Source: Schmidtea polychroa | Taxonomy: Eukaryota | DNA length: 64,000 bases | Assembly (NCBI GenBank): GCA_044892525.1 | Contig: CM097886.1 | Location: forward strand, 97,526,001 to 97,590,000 | Direction: 5' to 3' | Shown: piece after piece, positions 34,611 through 47,100 of the stretch | Layout: each line of letters starts with the position of its first letter | How positions within the stretch are numbered: position 1 is the stretch's first letter | Program-made: the position numbers and the translations under genes | The notes under the pieces: generated by a model | The model's input: the letters and a program-made list of their open reading frames with translations, nothing else | What the model was told of the DNA's origin: nothing | Database searches by the model: none

Positions 34611-36543
34611 AAATCAGAAAAAATGGATCACTTGTCAAACAATCCCTGATTGTATAATTGTTCTCATTTAAATATAATATCAATAGGTTTTAGGATACTC
34701 GAGAACTGGGCAATTCAGTGACTAAAAAGTCGGCCCTTACAATGCGGTAAATAAATTTGTACAATAATCTATGTTATAAAACAGAAAATACAGGCAATAC
34801 TCCTCCCAAACTGTAACGACGTGAAATTTGCACTTGTAATTTATAGGTCAATTGTGCTATTCTCAACTTTCAACTTCCAACTTTCTTTTGCTCAAACTCA
34901 TAGGCTTGAATTTGACAGATGAGTATTAGTCGCACGAACAACTGTATAAGGGAATGTCAAGAATGAATGATTCCTGTACATTGTTCATCAACACAAATAA
35001 TCAACAAGAGACTACAAATATTGTATATAGTCAAGTATTGAAATAAAATTTTAATAGCAGGATGAATAGAATTAATGATAATGAATAAAAAATGAGCTTA
35101 AATAAATCCGGTGTGAAACATAGAAATAAAGATAGCTTGTAATTTGATATAATCAACTTTTCATTTTTAGAGTTTTAAAGTTTTACTTATAATATTTATT
35201 TAATTATTAATTTCCATTTTCATTTAATTTTTTTAATAATTTTGGAATTTTCTTTTTCTAATTTATTGATTTTTCAATTATATTCTGTCTCACTATTCTC
35301 ACTATTTTCTTTTTCTGTCATCTTCATTTCTTTTCAGTTTGAAAAGAAACTAGTTGACCGATAGATTTAAAGGGTTCAAAAGGCTCAAAGGACAACACTG
35401 TATACTACAAATAGACGCTATATCACTCTGTTACCATGGAGTAATGGCCAGATTTATTTAAGCCTATAATTTCATTAAATGTAAATGTACTTTTATTTCT
35501 ACACAAATCTGGAATAAATTTTCATTGTGCAATAAATGGATGTTCAAATTAGATTAAAAAGCAGAATTAAAATAAGTTTTTTATAACTTATTTGGTCATT
35601 CAAAACTATACATATGATGACCTAACCTTATGAGCCCTCAGGATGAACCGCCAACAGTTATGCCTAAAAGACAAATGTAGAAATATTAGTTGTATTTTAT
35701 TTATCAAATAAACAAATTCTAATATATAATTATAAGAAAGCGCCTCTCAAATATTCGTTTAACGATATATTTCGGCAGTTTTCCTGTCATCATCAGTTAG
35801 AATATAATAACTATAGAAATTATAGATTTTTTAACAAATTTATTAGTAATAATTTTTAATAAAAATATTTTATTCTTTAAAAATTATAATTCAAATAATA
35901 AATTATTTAAATTATAGCAATTAGAAATAACATTTTAAAATATTGAAATTCAAAAGTATTAAATTTAATGATTTAATAAATATTTGATTTAACAACAACA
36001 ATCAATGCATACAATAAACAAAAACTATTTACAAACAATTAAAACACAAGTATTCACTGCATTTTCTACGTTAATTTTTGGATCTAATGACTTTATCAAT
36101 AACTCTTCCATATAATTGGTTGCTTGTAATTAGCACCATGAGCACATAGCGAGTCAATCAAAATAATCAGTTTCAATATCGACCATCCTAAGTGAAACTC
36201 ATAGAGGTATAGGGAAAGAAACAACAAACAATAATATTTTACTTGTTTTAAAACATCTTTCACGATATCGAGGTGAGGATCTCTGTTGTTTGGGAATTTA
36301 AGTGATTCCTTTTTCACCACCTTCTGTTCCATCAATAAAGAACTAGCCCTATATTGGTATGATTCACCATATGCTTTTTTCTCCATTGGTTCATAGTTGC
36401 GATAGAGATACGGTTGATCCGTATGTCTAAATATGCACCAGTTATACCATTCATTCTCGTTCTTTATATTTCCATGAATTTCCATTGCACTGTCAAAATC
36501 ACACAAAACCACACGATAAAGAGTTCCTGAATCTGCAAAGAAA

Positions 36544-36597
<54 letters not shown>

Positions 36598-37670
36598 GAG
36601 AGCTTGAAAACTATATAGCGATTTTTTTTTACACGAATTGTCGTGAGTATCAAAAAACATCGATATATTACTGATTTATAGTCTTCTAGCTCTCTTTATA
36701 ATAAATTCAATGAAAAAAATAATCAGTGGTGAAATTGGAAAAAATATTCTTATAATATATATAATAAACATACTTGAGAGTATGGCTGCTATCATTAGAG
36801 GCGAATTTTGCAGTCTCTTAAGTCGCTGTTCGCCATCTTCATTTGAAAGCTTGTTCCTATCAAGATATCAAAAAATTATTATCATTATCATGACAAGGAC
36901 TATCTTATAGTCAAACATTTTTCATTAAATACATTATTCGCAGCAAAANNNNNNNNNNNNNNNNNNNNNNNNNNNNNNNNNNNNNNNNNNNNNNNNNNNN
37001 NNNNNNNNNNNNNNNNNNNNNNNNNNNNNNNNNNNNNNNNNNNNNNNNNNNNNNNNNNNNNNNNNNNNNNNNNNNNNNNNNNNNATTAGTATTTAATTTC
37101 CAGATTTAAATAGATTTAAATAATATAATTAAAATAGATAATAAAATTATAAATTAAAATAATAATTGAATTTATTGTGGCCAAAGAGATTTCACCAAAG
37201 GTAATTGGAGGAATAGACTTCTTGAGAAAATTCGACATAATGTTAAAGATGAAGGATAGTTTATTAAATGACGATGTAACTATTGCTGGAATAAAAAACG
37301 TAAAAGTATTGAGTGAATCTAACCAATGTAAAGATGGTTGTGTTAGAGAACTATGCAGCAAATTTGAGTCAATTTTTATGAAATACAAATGGGATGTGGG
37401 TAATACATTAAATATATTTAAGAATGATTGAAAATTAAAATATAAAATATTTTTTGAATGCTTGTGTAGTAATGCTTGTGAATAAGGAATATTCGTACAC
37501 AATGTGTACGAATATTCCTTATTCAAATATTAACTCATGCTTGCGAAAATATCCACTAAGCTAAAAATAGAGATTGTTTTAATAGGAGAGATTTTGTGTT
37601 TTTTTTAAAAATATAGTTTTGTTTTGTTTTTAAAATATGGATGTGATTAATTTAAGAAACCAAACATCTA

Positions 37671-37729
<59 letters not shown>

Positions 37730-38844
37730 CATTATTATTATTATAGTGATTATAAATTTTACATGTGGTAATTTGTATAATTATCCTGCAAAATGAAAAT
37801 CTTTTTGAATTCTTCTCCTGGAACTAAAAATGTCGCATTGAAGGTATAGAGCTAAATTATTAGGTATATAACATGGTCAACCTTGATATGAAGAATTACC
37901 TCAACCGCAGAATACTGACAAATGGCCGAAGTCATTGAGGTCACCCTGTTTGGCAATTCATTAGGCCAAGCAGTGTTAGAAAAATTCTGAAAATGAAGAA
38001 ACTTATTTGTTGAGATCTGACTATACAGCGAAGAATTGTAACATTTCCCAACTTCATCAAGCCAACTAATAAACGATTCATCGCGTTTTCCTATCAACAC
38101 TCCTTGATTCCAGTATGGATCAAGGCTGAAGCCATTTAACCGATGGATAGTTCTACTGTAAAAGTTGGAAACAGTTGTAGAACTTAACGCCATTATTTCT
38201 TCATAAGCATTTTTGACATTCAACAGATTGTATTTATGATAAGGCTTTGTAATGGATCCAGTTTCATGAAACATGTTTGAGTTTATTCTGGATGATTGAA
38301 TCCATCGGATGAATGCTATAATTGTTAAATTCTTGGACTTACTGTAACTGACAGAGAGCGCCAACCGGTTTAACCTGTGTATCAGATAGTCCAGGAGAAT
38401 TGAATACACCAATTAAGGGTATTTGAGAATGAGTTGCATTCCTACATCCAAATGTTTCATTTTGATTTTTTATTTCAATGTTGATCTTTCTTTGTGGATC
38501 AAAAACAACATCAGCTATAAGGTATCAATAATAAAATTATTAATTATTATTCTCACTATTATTGTCAATAATATTTACCAACCTAATTTATTTATGTAAA
38601 AAACATTCGTTTCACCCCAATAATGGTTATCGCTAATAGCTCGAGGTCGCCTTCCAATGTAGCAACCAAAATTCATTTTCAAAGGATTCAAGAAATGCTT
38701 TGTCGGAAGGTGCATTGTCTCGCTATACCAAGACTTATTCATGGTGAGTTCTTGTAAAAGTGCAACAGGAAAATCTTCTTCGTCTGATAAAATTAAATGT
38801 TTTTATTCAAATCACGAAAATAAATTATTGTTGTACAGTAATTA

Positions 38845-38932
<88 letters not shown>

Positions 38933-41900
38933 GCCCACCCCTGACATATAGCATTAATTTTGAAGGAATAGATTAATGACTGGAAATGTAAGTAAGTTAC
39001 CTTTATTTAGAATTTCTCTTTCTTTCCGTTTTTAGTTTAATAATAATATAAATAAGTTTTTGGTTACAACGGTTACTCGGTTCCAATGCTTTTATTTATA
39101 CACTTGCAATAAAGTTACTATCAGACAATATTTATATTGAGCACGCGAGCAATACCTCACAAATTTGCCCTGAATATGAGTCACAGACAATTGAACATGT
39201 ATTGGCTTCATTTGCTTCAGTTCACGGAAGATTGATTTAAGTTAATTCGGATTTTTTGTTAATAAAGAAAATTAAAGATAACTTATATTTAGTGGGCCTC
39301 TTAAATATGCTAATCTTTAATAATCTCTTCAATTTTCTAATAATAATTAGTCTAACGAAAGTCACATGTATTTAATAAAATGCATTTTTATTGGTTTTCC
39401 TTCAGTTTAGTTCATTATTTTTTTATTCATTTTGAATGTACCATTTTGTTCCGTCACTGAAAAATTTAGTTTAAACGAAAATAAAAGTCTGTTAGAGATT
39501 GTGAAAAACATTAAGTGTTTTCATGGCTAATAAATGGGATATTGAATCCACTGATTTGATTAAACATAAAGTTATCACAAAAGAAGGACAAATTATGAAA
39601 CAACCCAGAAGAGAGGCAATCAATATATAGGAATAAATACAGTATTTTGTGTACTCAATTTTTAATGATCTAAAATACCCCATCACTATAGTATTAATTT
39701 AATAGTGTTAATATATATCTCTGATTACATATAAATCTATCATTATCTTGCTTCAGAATCCCTGTTCATCCTCAAAAAATGCCAGACTATAGCGCAGAGG
39801 GTCACGTCCACGACATTTATGGTTTCACTCGCCTGGCTAATTCCCAACATCCTTTTTGATCTATTTATGTTCTATTGTCATTATTTTCACTTTTCAATTT
39901 TTGTACCAAAAATGTACCAATAATTTCATTCATGCCCCTCCATACCTTTGGTAGAAAGGAAACAATATTGGGATTTGATCTTGCCTTTCATGAACGTAAT
40001 TTTGCTTTTTATATATTTGTGTTGATGTTTCTTTGATTTAACTCAACACCAATTCCTCGAAACCTTTCTAATTAATTTTGACTTTAAATATAGGGTTTTC
40101 CGACCTATTTAGACACTTTAACGATCAAATTAGACATTTCAAAAAAGTGATATATATTTCACAATCAATTTAGACAATTTTCCAATCAATTTAGACAATC
40201 AATTAAAGAATACTTATTAAACAATCTAAAATATGTCTACATTCCCTCTGCATTTGATACTCATGAATAATAACGAAGAAACAGCGGTAAATGACGTAAA
40301 TGACCGGCACATAAACAATAACGTTATTGACACAAACGAGCCATCATCCCCGGGGGTGAATGCTGTGAGGGACGAATCAAATAATGCCTCTGTTGAATTG
40401 GAAACGACTATCAGTGTAGATTCGCGTGTAAAAAAGTATGATACAATTGACCAGCACGCAAGAGAGCGTGTGATTTCGCTTTATTCTCAGAACATTACGA
40501 TTTCCAGCATATCTGAAATGGTCGCAATTAAAAGAACAAGTGTATATAATATCGTAAAAAGGTGGGAATCTGAAGGAAGAATAACACCACTGAAAAGGGG
40601 CGGCGATAAAAGATCGAAATTGACGCCGAGTGAAAAACAAACTATTAAAGAATGGGTTGATGAAAACCCAATTCTGACACTGAAAAACTTGGTTGAGATG
40701 ACGATAAATAATATTGGGAAAAATGTATCTATCCACACCATTGATCGTTGTTTACGCAATTTCAATTATACTTTGAAATGCGTAAGACTTTCACCGGTTA
40801 AGAGAAATGATCCTACGACATTGGAGAAGAGACGTATCTACGCTGAGAGATTTTTAAGTATGCTTTTAAATAATGATGATAAAGCATTTGTATTTGTGGA
40901 TGAAGTTGGGTTCCAGGTTTGCACAAGAGTGAAACGGGGGAGGAGTTTAGTTGGTACAAGTGTCATTGTAAATACACCGGCGACAAGATCTCGCAACATT
41001 TCCGTTATTGCAGCAGTATCAAAGTATGGAACTCTAAAGTATGACATAAATCCAGGTCCTATAAACGGGGAGAAATTTTTGAGTTATATGGTAGAGTTAA
41101 ACAATTTATCGATAAACAAAAGAATTACAGATCCAATTTTTATCATCGACAACGCTCGTATACATCATTGTGCTCGTTTTATTTCCATATGTGAAGCTGA
41201 AAACATCAAAGTTGTATATCTACCCCCCCCCCCCCCCCCCTACTCTCCATTTCTTAACATTATTGAGAATTGTTTCAGTAAATGGAAGAATCATGTACTC
41301 AGAGGTAATGCAAACAACGAAAATGAATTAAATGATTTGATTATGGCAGGATTTGACATCCTAACAAGCGAAGATTGTGGAGGGTATTTCAGGAGAATGT
41401 TAACTTATATCGAAAGAAGTAGAAATATGGAATTGATATATGAATAAAAATGTTGTGGATTTGCCAAACTTATTCTTAATTTTATTGTCTAAATTGATTG
41501 GAAAATTGTCTAAATTGATTGTGAAATATATATCACTTTTTTGAAATGTCTAATTTGATCGTTAAAGTGTTTAAATAGGTCGGAAAACCCTATAAATGAT
41601 TTTTTTGACTTTTATATATATGTTACAGTTAAAGTATAAACTTAGACAATACATTAACTAATTAAAGTTTGTAGTAAAATTTTTAGACAATAATAAAATG
41701 TAAATGTATATGTAAAATGTATATGTAAATAAGCTTAATGATGTTTTGAATGCTCCCCAGTTTGTGAAAATAGAGATTTCTCGAAAAAATGGAATACAGC
41801 CTCCTCTTAAGGATGAAAATTTGTTGAAAGAAATACTGAATAAATTAATTAAAAATAAGCAAATTGATGAAGAGTTGTTTAAATCTATTCGCCCAATGGG

Positions 41901-44103
41901 ATCACAACCAGCAAAAATGTATGGGTTTCCAAAAATCCATGAAGATGGCGTGCCTATGAGACCTGTTTTATCCATGATTGGCACTGCCCAGTATAAAATA
42001 GCCAAATTTTTGGATGGATTATTGAAACCATTATTACGATCAGAATTTGAATGTAAAGATAGTTTTGAATTTGTTTCCTGCATTGCACAATATGATAGAC
42101 AAAGTATGGATGAAATTATGGTTTCGTTTGATGTTTGTAGTCTGTTTACTAATGTACCATTGGTTGAAACAATTGAATTATGTTGCTTGTTATGGAATGA
42201 AAATATTTCTGAACATCATATTTTGGATAGAACAGCATTTCGTGAACTTCTTGTATTTGCAACTTCAAAAATCAATTTTCTTTTCAATAATGAATGGTAT
42301 CAACAAATAGATGGAGTTGCTATGGGTTCTCCTTTAGCACCAACGATGGCTTCAATTTTTTTAACATGCTTAGAAAAGAAAATTGCATCTTTCCAAGGTA
42401 TTAAACCCACTGTTTATAAACGGTATGTGGATGATATTTTTCTTATATTTGAAAATCAAAGGCATGTTGACCCGTTTTTGCATTATATGAATAGTCTACA
42501 TAAAAACATTGTATTCACATGTGAAACGGAGAAAAAATCATCGCTTGCTTTCTTGGATCTGTTAATACAACGCAAAGAGAAACACTATGAGACAGAGATT
42601 TATAGAAAACCAACTGATACTGGTCTCTATACTTCTTCCGAAAGTTTTTGTGAATTCAAGTATAAAAGAAATATGGTGAAGGGGTTGATTTATCGTGCAT
42701 GGTCTTTGTCTTCTACTTTTAAAAATTCAGTAAAAAGTGTTGACATATTGGTTGAATTGTTAATGAAGAACGGTTATTCAAAATCCTTTTTAGTAATTAT
42801 GGAGAAAGAGACTGTTGACAAATTTATTAAAAATCCTAAGGATCCATGTTTGAGAAAATCTGGGTGTGATTTTGTTGAGATGTGTGAGTCTGATGAGTTA
42901 AAATCTGGGTGTGATTTTGTTGAGGTGTGTGAGTCTGATGAGTTAAATAAATTAAATAGTGTGAGCAAGGATGATGAGCCTAAATTTGTGTTAGTATTGC
43001 CGTACTCAGAAGGTTTTAAGGGTTATAAAGTGAAGATAAGAAAGCAGTTAGGGAATTTAAACTATAGAATAGTGTCAACTTCATGGAAAGAACGCAATAT
43101 GTTTATTAATAAGTCAAAAACTCCGGTCGAATTGTGTTCCGATCTCGTTTATCAGTTTACATGTAATGGGTGTAATGCCACATACATTGGAGAAACTTCC
43201 CGTCATCTCTGTATTTGAGCTCGAGAACATTGTAGACCGAAGGCTTTGACCAATATTGGTGAGCACAATAAGGGCTGTAAGATTAAAATAGGTATGTCTG
43301 ATTTTAAAATTTTATTAAAAAATTTCGATAATTATTGGGAACGTGTGATTTGTGAGGCGTTGTTGATAAAATCATTGAATACGAAAATTAATGTGCAGAA
43401 TGCAGTAAATACTTGTTTTTTGAGTGTTTTTAAATAAGTATTTAAATAGGTTTTTTTATATTGTACGTATTGATTGTTGTATTAAATTAAATAATTAATA
43501 AAAATTTTTAAATTATTAAATTAAATTTTAAATGCTAAAATTTTAAAAAAAATAATATATTAATTTAAGTATAATTTTTTTAAAAATAATTAAATGTTTT
43601 TATAAAATAAAAAATTTTTATATATAATTAATAAATTTCTTTAAAATCCTTAATCTAATGAGTTATTATATCCCACCTGATGATGAAAAGAAAACTGTCG
43701 AAATATATCGTGAAAAGAATGTTTGATTGGCGTTATCTTATAATTAAATCATTGCCATGTATGTTTAACTATTTATTCAATAATAAAATAATAATAAAAT
43801 GTATATTATATCTAGGTAGTATGCTGAATTGCAACATGTCAAACTAGAATAACATTTATGTATTTTATTAGAGAATGTATACATTGTCTAAGTTTATACT
43901 TTAACTGTAACATATATAATAAATTTATAATAGATGTCATTCATTTACAAAATAAATAAAATCAAACTTTCTCTATAAGTAAAATATCTGGGATTTGTGA
44001 TGGAAGTGAGGTGTGATCTATTTTCATTCGGCACATATTTGAACCCCGGATCAGATTTGCAGATCCTCAACATAAAGCTCTAATAAAGAGATTAATACAA
44101 GTA

Positions 44104-44185
<82 letters not shown>

Positions 44186-47100
44186 TTCACCTGCCAAGCG
44201 TGTCTGTCCTCTTGATTGTTCAGTCCATATTGGTTATTTATTTCATGACCGAAAAAGTACAAATGTGTATCTGTTTCTCTGACAACATCTATGAAATTGA
44301 CATCACCTTAAGGAAATCATTATATGCTTGAATCATTAGATACAAAACCACTTGATAAAACCCAAGCCATTGAGGAAGGAAGAGTAAATAAATTCCTATA
44401 CAATCTCCAATCTGCATAAAGCATAGTTGAATTGTTTTCTGGAACATCTGGATTCTCCTTGTCCGGTCGATAAAGACCCCAGCCTGAGGCTATATAAGAA
44501 TTGTTTAGAGAATCTTTGTACGTCGCCATAGGCTCATCCTCATATCTAGCGCAGCTCATGACGTTCACATCCAGGAAATTTATGAATGTTAAATCGTCTT
44601 TGTTAACCGAGAAAGCCTGTTGATAGAAATTCCTGAAAGTGATTTCTAATTTTGAAACATTAAAATTTATAGTTTGACGAGAATCTCCTCGGCTCATTCA
44701 TATAAACTTGTTTCTTGCCGGTGACCTCACTTGAGCTCAAAAAATATTGATGGATACTGATTCAAATTCATTTTAGATAATTGTTGAGTCAGTACTATCT
44801 GACTCCACGTGTCCCTTTATTGGAAAATAACAAAACAAAAAACTACCCAACGTATATTGAATCACAAAAAATATCTCTCTCAACATAAAATAATCTATCA
44901 CCAAAGTTTTATGAGTTTGACCGATCCTCCGCTCGGTGTTGATGGTTTGTCAAAACCCCTATTTAAAGTCTTGCCTATAATTCAATTCACTTTTTATCAT
45001 ATTGATGTAGTCCAATAATTTCAGATGGTTCTGTACTACTACTTGCTGTTGGCAGTTCTTTATTCCATTTTTTACAGTTATCAGTATAAACAGCCCAGAA
45101 AATAAAACTATCTTTCATCTGAATTATTTCTCTTTTGTTTACTTTTTTGTACTCTCAAATTTTGTTTTTGTTGAATTTAATACAATTAATTTTGTTTTTA
45201 ATGTCATTTTCAATGTGATTTCTAATGGCATACTGTTTGGCTCTTATCGATAGCATGTAAACAGCTTGGCATCCAAACCCAATAATATGATCATTATATC
45301 ATTAAACCATATCCGNNNNNNNNNNNNNNNNNNNNNNNNNNNNNNNNNNNNNNNNNNNNNNNNNNNNNNNNNNNNNNNNNNNNNNNNNNNNNNNNNNNNN
45401 NNNNNNNNNNNNNNNNNNNNNNNNNNNNNNNNNNNNNNNNNNNNNNNNNNNNNNNNNNNNNNNNNNNNNNNNNNNNNNNNNNNNNATTTCGGATATGGTT
45501 TAATGATATAATGATTATATTATTGGGTTTGGATATTATGACAAGGTTACCAACTCGACCATTTTCACCCGAAAACTTCGGGTTTGATGTGGTAACTTCG
45601 GGTCTTCGGGTTAAACACTTATTTCTTCGGGTTTGTCAAAATATTTTCAAAATGTTTGCAGGTTTAGTTTTTATTTAATTCTGCAGGGATTATTAATTAT
45701 TTTTTGCTGGGCATATATTAATTGTTGGTAAAGTTAGCTGGGGTAATAATATAAGTTGTCAATTTTGAATTTCATTTTGCAGTTGAACGTTGTGTGAAGG
45801 TGAAGTAATGTAATTGTGTAATAAATAAAAAAATTAAAACATGTAAGTAATGTCAATAATACAAGCAACATAAGAATTAATTATATTTTCTGAAGTTCCT
45901 AATTTTTTTTATGTTTTATTGAATAAATTTTGTTGTTTTATGTTTTATTGTTATTGAATAAATATATTTTGTTTTATATTCATATGTATTTATTATATAT
46001 TATTAAATCTTCGGATGTAAAAATAATTTCTTCGGATCTGACTCGTTCCAGAGTTGGTAACCCTAACTATAATGATATATATAATGATATATATATATAC
46101 ATCAAATCGAGCCAAAAATCCTTGACAAAGTAATTTTTAGGGAGTCTCAAAAAATGCTTCATATTGTCATGCATAGAATTTCAAGCCAAATATCCCTTAG
46201 GTTATACTCCTACAAATACAATACACCCTCCACAAAAAATAAGATTATTATAAGGCAAGCTTTATGTTTTTTATAATTAATTCTATAATTAGATTGTTTA
46301 AGCTTTGAACTTCATTATTTATTTGATTAAAACAATTATGTAAATATTTTTCATCTTATTATGATCATGTTTTGCGTTGATACGTAATTGATGAATTATT
46401 CATAAGATATTAATTGTAATAAATTGTTTGTGGCATGTTTGTGACNNNNNNNNNNNNNNNNNNNNNNNNNNNNNNNNNNNNNNNNNNNNNNNNNNNNNNN
46501 NNNNNNNNNNNNNNNNNNNNNNNNNNNNNNNNNNNNNNNNNNNNNNNNNNNNNNNNNNNNNNNNNNNNNNNNNNNNNNNNNNNNNNNNNNNNNNNNNNNN
46601 NNNNNNNNNNNNNNNNNNNNNNNNNNNNNNNNNNNNNNNNNNNNNNNNNNNNNNNNNNNNNNNNNNNNNNNNNNNNNNNNNNNNNNNNNNNNNNNNNNNN
46701 NNNNNNNNNNNNNNNNNNNNNNNNNNNNNNNNNNNNNNNNNNNNNNNNNNNNNNNNNNNNNNNNNNNNNNNNNNNNNNNNNNNNNNNNNNNNNNNNNNNN
46801 NNNNNNNNNNNNNNNNNNNNNNNNNNNNNNNNNNNNNNNNNNNNNNNNNNNNNNNNNNNNNNNNNNNNNNNNNNNNNNNNNNNNNNNNNNNNNNNNNNNN
46901 NNNNNNNNNNNNNNNNNNNNNNNAAAGATCCGAAGGTTCCACAAACCCTAAGAGTTTCGTTAGTCAATTCTTCCACAGATTTGATAAAACTAGTCATGCA
47001 TGAATAATTCATAGTTACCCAATCTCCGCTTGGGGTATGATATTGGAAATGATGATAATCTAAAAAATTTGTTCTCTCAGAATCATTTTGACTAAAAATT

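Noticed and set aside
38660-38700. Suspected frameshift in a paralog B exon
   Set aside because: A recount shows the frame is open (KHFLNPLKMNFGC)
40377-42968. Antisense/overlapping ORFs within the Tc1 and Penelope ORFs (and within polB and other viral genes)
   Set aside because: Shadow frames of real coding sequence
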